Assembly: GCA_963675595.2 (NCBI GenBank)
Contig: CAXXLZ010000002.1
Location: 3,168,001 to 3,232,000 of the forward strand
Source of the DNA: Thermodesulfobacteriota bacterium
GTDB lineage: Bacteria > Desulfobacterota > Desulfarculia > JACQYL01
Direction: 5' to 3'
DNA: 64,000 nucleotides
Part shown: in pieces, positions 19,548-29,192 of the stretch
Position numbering within the stretch: position 1 is the stretch's first letter
Layout: every line of letters begins with the position of its first letter
Program-made: the position numbers and the translations under genes
Notes under the pieces: model-generated
Databases searched by the model: none
Seen by the model: only the letters and a program-made list of their open reading frames with translations
Told to the model about the DNA's origin: nothing

Positions 19548-20639
19548 TTAGGGCCTTCGCAGGCTCTTCCAGAAATGGCGATGCACGAGGGTGCATCGTT
19601 CGATCACGTGTCGGGTCTTTTTGCGATGCGCCTTTTCCGCCGTTTCTTCGACCGATGTGGACGTCATGCCGGACAGTTCGCGCAACACGCCGTCAACGGA
19701 CTCGGAAAGGGCCTTCAGGTCGTATCCGCCTTCGAGCACGAGCACGAGGCGACCTCCGCACGTGAGCTCGGCCAGGTCCATCAGGCAACGGGTGAGAGCG
19801 GCGAAACCTTTGGAAGTTACGTTCATTCCTCCCAAGGGGTCCTTTCGGTGAATATCGAAACCTGCGGATACCAGGATAAGCTCCGGCTCGAATTCGAGGG
19901 CGGCGGGTTTGAGGAGACGCTCGTACACGGCTGCGAACTCTGCGTCTCCATAGCCTCTCCTCATGGGGACGTTGATGGTGAAGCCCTCCCCTGAGCCCAT
20001 TCCCGTTTCGGTAAAATGACCGGTCCCAGGAAAGTGAGGGCGCTGGTGTGTGGAAAAGAACAGGATGGATGGGTCCCTTTCGAAGGCATGCTGCGTACCG
20101 TTTCCGTGATGCACGTCCCAATCGACAATGAGCACGCGTTTGAGGGCATGGGCCGCACGAGCGTAGGCGGCGCCCAAGGCCACTGAGTTCAGGAGACAGA
20201 AGCCCATGGCCCGGCTTCTTTCCGCGTGGTGCCCGGGCGGCCTTGCCGACACGAAGACGTTCCTCAAAGCACCCGAGAGTACGGCGTCCACGGCTTCGAA
20301 AACACCGCCCGCGGCCAACAGAGCAGCCCGGTAGGATCCTCTCGATGCCGGTGTATCGGGAGAGAGGGAGCTGAAGTCCCTTTCCCCGCTCGCCGCCAGA
20401 CGATTCAGGTAATCCGGGGAATGCACCAACAGGATTTCTTCCTTGACGGCTTCCCTCGGAGGGAGATCCAGCAGGCGATCGTTGAAGACGGGATCCGCAA
20501 GTACGGAGTAGATGGACTCTAAACGGCCGGGCTGTTCCGGATGGCCCTTGTCGGTGAGGTGCTCCAGAAATCTGACATCGCGTACGATGCCGGTTTTCAA
20601 TTTCGATTCAGGGTCCGCCATGTGCACTCGGGTTTCCAT
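19548..20639 (-). CDS. Histone deacetylase / acetylpolyamine amidohydrolase family protein
   Basis: HPEQPGRL, RPPGHHA, GFC, DWDVHHGNGTQ, SAGFD and LEGGY motifs. Confidence 0.93.
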   Translation of the reverse strand: METRVHMADPESKLKTGIVRDVRFLEHLTDKGHPEQPGRLESIYSVLADPVFNDRLLDLPPREAVKEEILLVHSPDYLNRLAASGERDFSSLSPDTPASRGSYRAALLAAGGVFEAVDAVLSGALRNVFVSARPPGHHAERSRAMGFCLLNSVALGAAYARAAHALKRVLIVDWDVHHGNGTQHAFERDPSILFFSTHQRPHFPGTGHFTETGMGSGEGFTINVPMRRGYGDAEFAAVYERLLKPAALEFEPELILVSAGFDIHRKDPLGGMNVTSKGFAALTRCLMDLAELTCGGRLVLVLEGGYDLKALSESVDGVLRELSGMTSTSVEETAEKAHRKKTRHVIERCTLVHRHFWKSLRRP

Positions 20640-21543
20640 CGGGTGCGGGCACCACGAGGACGGAGCAAGGGGCCTTCCTCAGCACCGCTTCCGTTGTTGA
20701 GCCCAGAATTCGTTTTTCAAGAGGCCCTCTTCTGCGCACCCCCACCACGAGAATATCTGTATCGGAGGTGGAAGCGTAGAGCGGTAGTTGCTCGCCGGCA
20801 GGTCCGGGCAGCAGAACCAGTTTGATGCGTTCCTCGGCGAGAGATTCCACGTGAAAAGCATGGATCAAGCGCTCCCGCAGTCGCTCCTGAAACAGCTGCT
20901 GCACTTCCGGATACGGTCCATCGGTGGGATTGACGATACGCTCATCCATGGGTCTTTCCATGGCATGGAGAAGATGCACCTTCGATCGAAACGCGTCCGC
21001 CAGCTGAAGTGCGGAGTCCAGACTTCCGGTGCAATCCGCTGAAAGATCACATCCCACAAGAATCCTTCCCAGTCTCAGCGGGTGAAGATCGCCGGCCCGG
21101 GACGGCTCCGTACGTGAGCGAACCACCAACAAGGGAGAGGCAACGGTGCGGGCCAGTCGTTCCACCACCGTTCCCAGAAAAAGACGCTTAAATCCGGAAA
21201 GGCCGTGACTTGCGGCTATGATCAGGTCGGCTTGCCTTTCTTCCGAGATTCGCCGGATTTGTTCCACCGGTTCGCCGATGCCGATGACGGCTTCCCAAGA
21301 GGTGAAGGAGTCCGGAAAAGACTCGCGTATTCTCCGGTCGATTTGTTTCGAAGAGCGTTCCTTCTCGGTAAGAGGATACGGGTCGGATTTGCCGAAAGGA
21401 GAATCTGTGGGCTTAGGAAGAACGTGAGCAATAAGTAGGTGTGCACCGAAGCGTTGGGCAAACTCTCGGCCATACTTGAGCACGGTTCCGGAAAATGGGG
21501 AGAAATCAACCGCGCAGAGGACGTTCTGCAGCTTGTTTCGCAT
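20608..21543 (-). CDS. Universal stress protein (tandem UspA domains)
   Basis: VLCAVDFS...LFLGTVVERL and ILVGCDLS...ILGSTTEAVLRKAPCSVLVVP. Confidence 0.9.
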   Translation of the reverse strand: MRNKLQNVLCAVDFSPFSGTVLKYGREFAQRFGAHLLIAHVLPKPTDSPFGKSDPYPLTEKERSSKQIDRRIRESFPDSFTSWEAVIGIGEPVEQIRRISEERQADLIIAASHGLSGFKRLFLGTVVERLARTVASPLLVVRSRTEPSRAGDLHPLRLGRILVGCDLSADCTGSLDSALQLADAFRSKVHLLHAMERPMDERIVNPTDGPYPEVQQLFQERLRERLIHAFHVESLAEERIKLVLLPGPAGEQLPLYASTSDTDILVVGVRRRGPLEKRILGSTTEAVLRKAPCSVLVVPAPDGNPSAHGGP

Positions 21544-21922
21544 AATCCTCACCGAAAAAGGAAAGAGGGGAGTCTAGCGTCCAAGCCTTCTCTCACGCTA
21601 GAACCAAGAAAAGATCTTGTCAAGCGATTTCGGTGCGAGCGGTGCCGGCTCCGGAACAAGATCAAAGATCAAGACCAAAAGGTTGGACTCATGATTTCGT
21701 TGTTCTATATTGGAAACGCTTGCCGGGTTCGTTGAAAAGAACCGACTCTTTCAGGCCGTTGGAAGACGACATGCGGGGCGTACGCAGGCACGAGCCTGCG
21801 GGAGGAATGAGACCCAATTCTCCTCCAGCCTACGGACCGAATCTTTCGACGCTCGATTCGGGAAGAATTTCAACCGGATTGGTAGGCACGACCTCGCGAA
21901 ATCTATCGTCGTCGGAGAAGAA

Positions 21923-22897
21923 ATGCGTCTCGTTTCCTTTGTTGTGGTGCTGTGTTGCCTCGCCGTCGTGTTGCTCCATCCAAGGCCTGTATTCCCTCAA
22001 CAACCGGTTGATCTTGAGACTTCGAGTCCGGCCCCTGAAGTCTCGCCGAGAGATACTCCGGCCTCCGTTCCCGAAACGTGGACCGAACCCGTGACAGGCA
22101 TGGAGTTCGTCCGAATTCCCACAGGGTGCTTTCTCATGGGCACTCCGCAGACGGAGAGCGGGCGAGATTTGGACGAGGGGCCCATGCGGCGGGTGTGCTT
22201 CGAGAGTTTCTGGATGGGGACGTACGAGGTCACCGTTAAACAGTTTCAATTGTTCGTGTCGGAAACGGGCTACAAAACCGGAGCGGAATACGGCAAGGGA
22301 TGCGAAGTCTACAAAGGTGAATTTCAATGGGACAAAGTCACTTATTGGCGGCGGCCCGGATTCTCCCAATCCGAGAGCGATCCCGTCGTCTGTGTGACCT
22401 GGAACGACTCCCGAGCGTTTGCTTACTGGTTGTCCAAAAAGACGGGTTTGTGGTTCCGACTACCCACGGAGGCCGAGTGGGAGTATGCCTGCCGTGCGCG
22501 GACAACGACCGCCCGCTGGTGGGGGAATAAGTCCGAGGACTCTTGCGAGTTCGCCAATGTACACGACAAGGTATCAAAAGAGATCAATGGGTTTCCCTGG
22601 GATGCGTCCGCTTGCAGCGACGGATTCGCACGAACCGCTCCGGTCGGGAGTTTTCCTCCGAACTCGTGGGGAGTTCATGACATCTTGGGAAATGTCTGGG
22701 AGTGGTGTGAGGATTCCTATGGCTTGTACAGGGAACCCGTCGAGGGGCACCGCCCCGTGGATGAAGGAGTCATTCGGGTGCTCAGGGGAGGGAGTTGGAA
22801 GTGTGGACCGGAAATGATCCGATGTGGTTATAGGAATGCGGCCGACTCGGACATTCGAAGCGACGGCATCGGTTTCCGACTGGTGAGAGTGCGGTAG
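21923..22897 (+). CDS. Formylglycine-generating enzyme (SUMF1/FGE-sulfatase) domain protein, secreted
   Basis: Signal peptide; FLMG, YEVT, RLPTEAEWEYACRA, GNVWEWC, RVLRGGSW and GFRL motifs. Confidence 0.9.
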   Translation: MRLVSFVVVLCCLAVVLLHPRPVFPQQPVDLETSSPAPEVSPRDTPASVPETWTEPVTGMEFVRIPTGCFLMGTPQTESGRDLDEGPMRRVCFESFWMGTYEVTVKQFQLFVSETGYKTGAEYGKGCEVYKGEFQWDKVTYWRRPGFSQSESDPVVCVTWNDSRAFAYWLSKKTGLWFRLPTEAEWEYACRARTTTARWWGNKSEDSCEFANVHDKVSKEINGFPWDASACSDGFARTAPVGSFPPNSWGVHDILGNVWEWCEDSYGLYREPVEGHRPVDEGVIRVLRGGSWKCGPEMIRCGYRNAADSDIRSDGIGFRLVRVR

Positions 22898-22955
22898 TCC
22901 GCAACCTCTATCTGAGCGAGAGCCGGTTGTCCGACACCGAAAGGAGGATTTGAAC

Positions 22956-23549
22956 ATGTCGGTGGAACCCGGAGGCTCGCGGTTGTTTGGAGCCCTAAGC
23001 CGCCTTGCCTGTGTGCTGCTGTTGGCGCCCTCTCTACTTTTTCTCGCCTGCACGACTTATCAAAAGGCCTTCTACGGTGTCCAGGGGTATACGCTCAGGC
23101 TGGACGGGAAGGCTTCCGTTTACATTGCACTTCCCGAGGACGCGAAGCGATCGGTGGAGTCTTTAGGCTCGACTAAGAGTGATGAGGAGAGCGAATTCGT
23201 CGGTTCGGGACGCCGGGCTGCGGATCTAATCGCGGAAGCCTTCAGGCGGCACTCCGTTGTCGTGGAAACGGCTTCAGAACGGCAATCATTGAAGGAGGCG
23301 CTGAAACGAGCGCGTGAGAACGGATTCGACTATCTGGTGCCGGCGGATTTGATTCAATGGACGGTCCGTAGTGAACATCGACGGGATCGGGTAAGCATGA
23401 AAGTCTCCGTGGTGGATGTGGCAAGCCGGAAGTCTTTGGAATCGGTAACCCTTCGGGGACTGAGCGCGGCGGCCACGGGGGTGAGCGCCGAGGAACTCCT
23501 GAAAGGCCCGGTAACGGGTTTCGTCGATTCCCTTTATTTCAAGGAATAG
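22956..23549 (+). CDS. Putative lipoprotein (DUF4823-like)
   Basis: Lipobox FLAC; SVYIALPED...GSGR pattern; AAGGAGG RBS. Confidence 0.6.
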   Translation: MSVEPGGSRLFGALSRLACVLLLAPSLLFLACTTYQKAFYGVQGYTLRLDGKASVYIALPEDAKRSVESLGSTKSDEESEFVGSGRRAADLIAEAFRRHSVVVETASERQSLKEALKRARENGFDYLVPADLIQWTVRSEHRRDRVSMKVSVVDVASRKSLESVTLRGLSAAATGVSAEELLKGPVTGFVDSLYFKE

Positions 23550-23636
23550 GCTGTTGAGACCGGCGGATGTCGTAATTGAAGTCCCATGAATTTACAGCGC
23601 CGGCCTGCGGCGACCGGCCCCATCCAAGGGGTCGTT

Positions 23637-23672
23637 AAAGGAAAGGGCGCACTACGGACGCCCTTTCCTTTT
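23637..23672. terminator. Bidirectional intrinsic terminator between the lipoprotein gene and the cytochrome operon
   Basis: AAAGGAAAGGGCG-N9-CGCCCTTTCCTTTT perfect inverted repeat between convergent genes. Confidence 0.75.
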
Positions 23673-23704
23673 GCCTGTTTGTTCAGGATCCTATCAGTTT
23701 GATC

Positions 23705-25969
23705 CTATTGGATACCGTGGCAACTGCAGCAATCAAGCCGCGGTGAATGACCCGCGGGTTGCGCGCTGATGGGTCCCGGTCCGCAGAGCTCTTCCTGAGA
23801 GCCCTCTCCGGTCGAACTCCCCGGTGCGAACCGGACGAACTCGAAGCTCCCCCCTTCCTCCGTCATATGGGTTTTGGCTTCAATGTCGTCGTGACAGGAC
23901 GAACAGGTTGAGGCGATGGGAGTGATGTTCGTGTCGTCGTCGGGGTCCGCCGGATCGCTTCCGGTGTTGATGGACGTGGGCAGCACGTTGTCCCCGAAGC
24001 TCGGCAGTTCAAACGTTCCGGAGCTGTGACACGCCGCGCAATCGCTAAGGGGGCGTGGAAAAATGACCTCGCCGAAGTCGTTGACGCTTCCTCCGAACCC
24101 GTAAACGATGATGCCTTCCTCTCGGAAGCCGCCCATGTCGGAAGCACCCGCGTGAATGGCGTGGATCATGTATTTGAAGTCAATGGTTTCTTCGGATTTC
24201 CCGTCCGGCGTTCCTGCGGCGTCGGCCGGCCTTCGGTTGATATCGGTGGCGTCGGCATTATGGCAGATGACGCAAAGTTGGATCTCATTGTTCCGGTTTC
24301 CGCCGTGCAGGCTGAGCTGTCCATGACAGTCGTTGCAGTTGTCGATGTCCACTACGCTCCTGCGGCTTACGGGGGTGACGTCGGTAACGGCGAAAGGCTG
24401 AACCACGCCTTTGACCGGGACCCGCACGTCGTAGACTCCCGGTTCGGATTCCACCGCCGGATGCCCTTCGATGGCCGCCACGCCGGAGCCCTCAACCGTG
24501 GCGGGTATGGCGACGGGCGAGGTGACGGAGAACGTTCCGTCGTTGTTGTCCACGGCTTCGGCGACGGGATTGATGGAGATGGGCATGGCCGGAGTCGAAC
24601 CGCTGCCCTGGTTCGTGTAGTCGGACGTATCCCATCCGATGAGGATCGCAACGCGACTGGCGCCGCCCGGTGCGTTGAATTCCGGATCGTGGAGGATGTC
24701 GTAAGGTGCCCCACCGTTGCTCGGATCGGTAACCGAGAAGGTGATTACCGGAAACTGCCCGGGTTCCGTGTTGGTGATTCCGACGATGTTGTACTGGAAA
24801 CGTGCCGCGGCTTCCAGTTCCGGGATGACGTGGGAATCCGTCACTCCCGCGGCGCCGCCGGAAGCGGGATGGCAAACCACGCATTTGCTGTTGTCGGTTT
24901 GGGCGCCGCCGCCATGGTTTTCGCCTGTGGAGAAGTCCACATTATCGTGACAGGAACCGCACGCCGCCATCGTGGGAACGTTCTTCCAGTAATCACCCTC
25001 CGGTGTGCTCGCGTCCGTGCCGTCATGGCACTTGTAGCATCGGCGGATATCCTGGGGATACACCACGTGGGAATAGTCGTGTTTGGCGTCCCGGTAACCG
25101 TAAATGGCGTATTCCCCGCCCGCCTCCACGCTCGGAAGGTTCGCCCCGTAGTGAATCTTATGAATCATCACCTTGAGGTCCACCGTATTACCGCTGTTGG
25201 CGTCCGTGCTTCCCGGGTTGTGGCACGACTCGCAGTATTCCACTGCCGTCCGGTCGCCACCGTGAAGACCGAGCCTTCCATGGCATTCATTGCAGGAGGC
25301 GTTGTCCACGATACTTCGGCTCAAGGGGGTGGTTGCCCCATCGGGCACGAAATCCAATATTGCGTTGTTGTTGTTTCCTGAAACCTGCATGGCCAGGCGA
25401 TGCGTGGCCGAGGCGTCGTAGGGAACGGAAACGGGAGAATTCACATTCTGAATGTCGAAGGAGAAGGTATAGCTATAGGTTCCATCTTGATTGTCGACGA
25501 ACACTCCTCCTTGGGCATTAGCTGTTTCGGCCGTCGCCTGCACTCGGCTCACGGTGCCCGGGCCGACGCCCGGTTCTTCAATGGTGTTGATGTAGCTCTG
25601 CCAGGAATCGGCGTCTCCGTCCACTCCGGGAATCAATCGAACCAGTGTGAAACGAATACTCGAGGGAGCAACCAGGGCCAGAGGTTGCCCGTTGTCGAAC
25701 AAGCGGAAATCAACCGTAACCGTGCCGTCGACAATGGTCACCGAATCGATGGCCGCGGTGACGGTCTTCTCTTCCGCTGCGTGTTGGGCCGCCACGTCCA
25801 CGATTCTTCCGGGCTCGTGGCACAATCTGCATTCTTCATTATAAAATTGCTCGACGAGTCCGGACGTCGAGTCACCGGACCCCCCGCTTTCGCTGCTGCA
25901 ACCGACGAAAACCATGGCGCAGCCGAACAAAAGGCTGAATATGAGACCACAGATAGACCGACCGTCCAT
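23705..25969 (-). CDS. OmcA/MtrC-family multiheme c-type cytochrome lipoprotein, 11 CxxCH
   Basis: Lipobox FVGC; heme motifs CRLCH, CNECH, CESCH, CYKCH, CGSCH, CVVCH, CNDCH, CVICH, CAACH, CSSCH, CCSCH; family-typical DN.DGTYSYTF, LHGG.R, D.K.MIH.IH and YPQ segments. Confidence 0.9.
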   Translation of the reverse strand: MDGRSICGLIFSLLFGCAMVFVGCSSESGGSGDSTSGLVEQFYNEECRLCHEPGRIVDVAAQHAAEEKTVTAAIDSVTIVDGTVTVDFRLFDNGQPLALVAPSSIRFTLVRLIPGVDGDADSWQSYINTIEEPGVGPGTVSRVQATAETANAQGGVFVDNQDGTYSYTFSFDIQNVNSPVSVPYDASATHRLAMQVSGNNNNAILDFVPDGATTPLSRSIVDNASCNECHGRLGLHGGDRTAVEYCESCHNPGSTDANSGNTVDLKVMIHKIHYGANLPSVEAGGEYAIYGYRDAKHDYSHVVYPQDIRRCYKCHDGTDASTPEGDYWKNVPTMAACGSCHDNVDFSTGENHGGGAQTDNSKCVVCHPASGGAAGVTDSHVIPELEAAARFQYNIVGITNTEPGQFPVITFSVTDPSNGGAPYDILHDPEFNAPGGASRVAILIGWDTSDYTNQGSGSTPAMPISINPVAEAVDNNDGTFSVTSPVAIPATVEGSGVAAIEGHPAVESEPGVYDVRVPVKGVVQPFAVTDVTPVSRRSVVDIDNCNDCHGQLSLHGGNRNNEIQLCVICHNADATDINRRPADAAGTPDGKSEETIDFKYMIHAIHAGASDMGGFREEGIIVYGFGGSVNDFGEVIFPRPLSDCAACHSSGTFELPSFGDNVLPTSINTGSDPADPDDDTNITPIASTCSSCHDDIEAKTHMTEEGGSFEFVRFAPGSSTGEGSQEELCGPGPISAQPAGHSPRLDCCSCHGIQ

Positions 25970-26011
25970 GAAACCCTCCCCTTCTTTGGCGAAACCGCCC
26001 GCCAACTTAGG

Positions 26012-26602
26012 TTACCGGTTCAGATAGACCTCTTCGAATATCGCGATGGCTTTCTTTACGGTGAAGGTTGCGGATCTCGAGGAGATGGTGGCTCCGCTGA
26101 TTCCGGTGATGTCCCTGCCCACCTGCAACATGGACTTGCTCGACTTCCCCACGTATTGATCCAAATAGCTCCGTCGGGCGATGGGCCTGCCTCGTTTTTC
26201 CTGGTAACTCATTACCCGGACTCCGGTGACCACGCCCGTGAGGTCCATGGCGACGATGAATTCCACCGGTCCCCATTTCCCCGGTTCTACATCGATCATG
26301 GCCACCCCGACTTTTTCCCCGTCCTTCTCGGCGAAATAGAAGGTGACTTTTTTCTTTGCCGTCACCACTTCGGACTCCGAGCCTTCCTGGTAGTAGACCA
26401 GATTTCCTCCAAGGCGTTCTTGAATCCGATCCAGTGTGTCTCCTTTCAGCCTCACGGTCTGTTTGATGATCTTGACGTCCGGGCCGAAGACTTCGACCAG
26501 GGCTTCTGTCTCCGTCAATAGAGTGAAGGCGTGCCCGGATGCGGTCCATGCCAGGAAAACGGCAAAGAAACCCAATGCGATAGAAGCGATCCTTTTCATC
26601 AT
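26012..26602 (-). CDS. FMN-binding (flavinylated) protein, RnfG/NqrC/PplA-type FMN_bind domain
   Basis: Signal peptide; ITGISGATISS flavinylation motif; adjacent to apbE. Confidence 0.88.
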   Translation of the reverse strand: MMKRIASIALGFFAVFLAWTASGHAFTLLTETEALVEVFGPDVKIIKQTVRLKGDTLDRIQERLGGNLVYYQEGSESEVVTAKKKVTFYFAEKDGEKVGVAMIDVEPGKWGPVEFIVAMDLTGVVTGVRVMSYQEKRGRPIARRSYLDQYVGKSSKSMLQVGRDITGISGATISSRSATFTVKKAIAIFEEVYLNR

Positions 26603-26613
26603 GTGGTCTTCTC

Positions 26614-27651
26614 CTATGGTTCTTTCGGTAATGAGTGAAGCCCCTCCTTCAAACCCGGAGAGAGCAATACCTTTCCTTCGGAGGTGATCATGACGACTTC
26701 CATGCCGGGAATTCGCTCGACGGCCTTGAACCCCGCCTCCGGCCCCATAACGAACACCGCCGTGTTCCAGGCATCCGCGAGGGTCGGATCGGAGTAGAGG
26801 GTCGTGGTGCCTCTCAGACCTTCGGCGGGATATCCGGTCCTCGGGTCGAAAATATGGTGATAGCGTTTTCCATCCTTCATGAAGAACCGCTCATAATCCC
26901 CGGACCCGACGACAGCCATATCCTCCACCTCGACATAACCCAGAAGATCATCGCCTCGGGGGTCCACGATCCCTACCTTCCACGGGTTCGGTCCCTTCTT
27001 TCCCAGAGCGTACACGTCTCCTCCGGCATCGATGAGAGCCGAATTCAGCCCTTCGGATTTCAAGACTTCCAATCCTTGACCCACCGCGTATCCCTTGGCA
27101 ATTCCGCCCAGGTCAATTTCGACGTCCGGTCTGGTCTTCTCGAGACGGCCTTCGTTTATGATGAGATAACGGAATCCGACTCGCTTCAGGCATTCCTCGA
27201 TCGCTTTCGGGTCCGGGAGGCTCGGATGGTCGCCGTAGAATCCCCAGAGTTCGATGAGGGGAGCCACGGTGATGTCGAAGGCGCCTTCGGTATCGCGACT
27301 GATTTCCAAAGCCTGCCGTACCAACCTCACGACTTCAGGGTCCGAAATGGGAGTTCCCTTGCGGTTGAAATCGTACAAGGGGCTCTGAGGTTTTAGGTTG
27401 TTGAATTTAAGATTAATTTCCTCCATGCGATCAAAAGCGTGATCCACGATTTCGGAAACCCGGTTCTTGGGGCCGACGGCATATATGGTCACAAAAGTGT
27501 CCATCATAATGCGCGTCTTCTTCTCCACGTGGTACCTGTACGAGTTGTACGTGCGCAACAGGAGCAACGCGGCGATGATCAGGAACAGGATCAGCACGGG
27601 AATCTTGAACTTCAGAGAAGAGTAGAATCGCTTCAACCGGTCTTCCTCCAA
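26614..27651 (-). CDS. apbE: FAD:protein FMN transferase ApbE (FmnB)
   Basis: GAFDITV.PL..LWG, DLGGIAKGY, GGDV, SGDYER, HHIFDPRTGYP and ADA motifs. Confidence 0.94.
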   Translation of the reverse strand: MEEDRLKRFYSSLKFKIPVLILFLIIAALLLLRTYNSYRYHVEKKTRIMMDTFVTIYAVGPKNRVSEIVDHAFDRMEEINLKFNNLKPQSPLYDFNRKGTPISDPEVVRLVRQALEISRDTEGAFDITVAPLIELWGFYGDHPSLPDPKAIEECLKRVGFRYLIINEGRLEKTRPDVEIDLGGIAKGYAVGQGLEVLKSEGLNSALIDAGGDVYALGKKGPNPWKVGIVDPRGDDLLGYVEVEDMAVVGSGDYERFFMKDGKRYHHIFDPRTGYPAEGLRGTTTLYSDPTLADAWNTAVFVMGPEAGFKAVERIPGMEVVMITSEGKVLLSPGLKEGLHSLPKEP

Positions 27652-27730
27652 AGAGCGGAATCCTCCCGGACTCCGGAAATCGGGTTAATTCGAATTGATC
27701 AGAGCATACCGTCGGCATACCTGTCTCCGA

Positions 27731-29002
27731 TCAGAAGGTGGTTCTCCACCCCAGAGTGAACCGAAGATATTCGAGACTTTCCGAGCCGTCGGACCTGTCC
27801 GCATCCACCAATTCCACCTGGGGAATAATGGTCGAACTTCCCGTGATCCAGTAGTTCACGGCAAAGCACAACGTTTTGTAGTTGTCGGTTAAGGCGGTCG
27901 TGGACGGGAAGAACAGGTCGACGTCGCTGAACTTCACCAGAACCCTCCACTCGGGATTAAAGGTGTACATGGCTCTCACGTAATACCCGTCGTTTACCGC
28001 ATCCGCGAAGCCTCCATTGAGCAACGGATAGTCCTTTTGTTCTCTTCTCAGATATTCACCGGAAAGACTGAAAGGACCATACCCGATCTCGGCTCCCCCG
28101 AGCCATTGCCAGGCGTTGTTGTCGTTGTCTCCGTCCCATTTTCCCCAACCGAGAGAGCCCAGGACTCGTACCCGGGCTCCCGCCAGCGTGAATTCGGGAG
28201 CCACATGCAGCAGGAGACTCTTCACGCCGTTGTTGTCCACATACCGGCTGTCCTGGTTGTCGCCGTTCAGATAGGGATAGAAGTACACAGGAAGGGAGAA
28301 ATGTTCAAAGTCGAAATTCCGGTACAATTCGAGACCGATGGTTCGCCAGGATTGCAGGTTCAACAGTCCGTTGTTGCCGTGGTATTGCTCATGCCACCAA
28401 GATTGCCGGGCATATTCCTCACTGAAGTAGGGATAGAACGCCCCGACCTTCGCTTCGATTTGGTACGGAAGATAGAGGGTCATGTAGGCTTCATCAAGGC
28501 CGATCTCCACGGAAGCCGAATCGGAACGGGTGATATCTCCGCCCAGCGCCGGGGTCGCACTGGCCAAGACCTCTATTTTGGGGGCCAAATCGATACTTAT
28601 CCAGTCGGCAAGAGTTTTTCTGAAGTAGAGATAGAGATCGCTGATGCCCGCAGACAGGTTGTTGTTCTGGTCTACGTCGTTCCTCCTGCCGTCCGTCCTA
28701 TCGAGCATATAGAATTTGAAATGTCCTCCCACGTTGACGCCTTTTCGGACTTCCTCCATGATTCTGGAGGGCATGTTCGATAGGTCGTCCACGCTGTCTT
28801 CCAGATCTGCAATGACCTCCATTTCTTCCGCCTGTGCCTCCTGCTTCTCCTCGATCGATTGTAGTTTGCCTTTAAGCGCCTCCACGGTCTGTTCCAGTGC
28901 TTCGATCTGCTTTTTCAAATCGCTGATCTCATCCGAAACGGATGTTCCCGGAAACAGCAGAAGACAAGCAAAGACAATCACCCATGTTGCTCGTAGTCTC
29001 AT
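27731..29002 (-). CDS. Putative outer-membrane beta-barrel porin with N-terminal coiled coil
   Basis: Signal peptide; DEISDLKKQIEALEQTVEALK coiled coil; alternating aromatic beta-strands; terminal LRFTLGWRTTF with C-terminal Phe. Confidence 0.75.
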   Translation of the reverse strand: MRLRATWVIVFACLLLFPGTSVSDEISDLKKQIEALEQTVEALKGKLQSIEEKQEAQAEEMEVIADLEDSVDDLSNMPSRIMEEVRKGVNVGGHFKFYMLDRTDGRRNDVDQNNNLSAGISDLYLYFRKTLADWISIDLAPKIEVLASATPALGGDITRSDSASVEIGLDEAYMTLYLPYQIEAKVGAFYPYFSEEYARQSWWHEQYHGNNGLLNLQSWRTIGLELYRNFDFEHFSLPVYFYPYLNGDNQDSRYVDNNGVKSLLLHVAPEFTLAGARVRVLGSLGWGKWDGDNDNNAWQWLGGAEIGYGPFSLSGEYLRREQKDYPLLNGGFADAVNDGYYVRAMYTFNPEWRVLVKFSDVDLFFPSTTALTDNYKTLCFAVNYWITGSSTIIPQVELVDADRSDGSESLEYLRFTLGWRTTF

Positions 29003-29192
29003 ACCCTTTCCTCCCTCTCTTCGGTAAATGGTCGGAGACTCTTCGTGCCGGGGGTGTCCATTCCGAAGGTTGAGGACTCCTCGCCTTCACTGTCCTCAGA
29101 CCCGGGGAAAAGGCCGACCCCTCGGTCCGGTCGACGAAATTGAATCGGTCTTGCGCCGAGGTACGTTTTCGGGGGCTTAGTCGAGAGGCCCC

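Noticed and set aside
27731-29002. Calling the porin mtrB
   Set aside because: At 423 aa it is much shorter than MtrB/PioB barrels and I see no specific similarity, so it is left as a generic beta-barrel.
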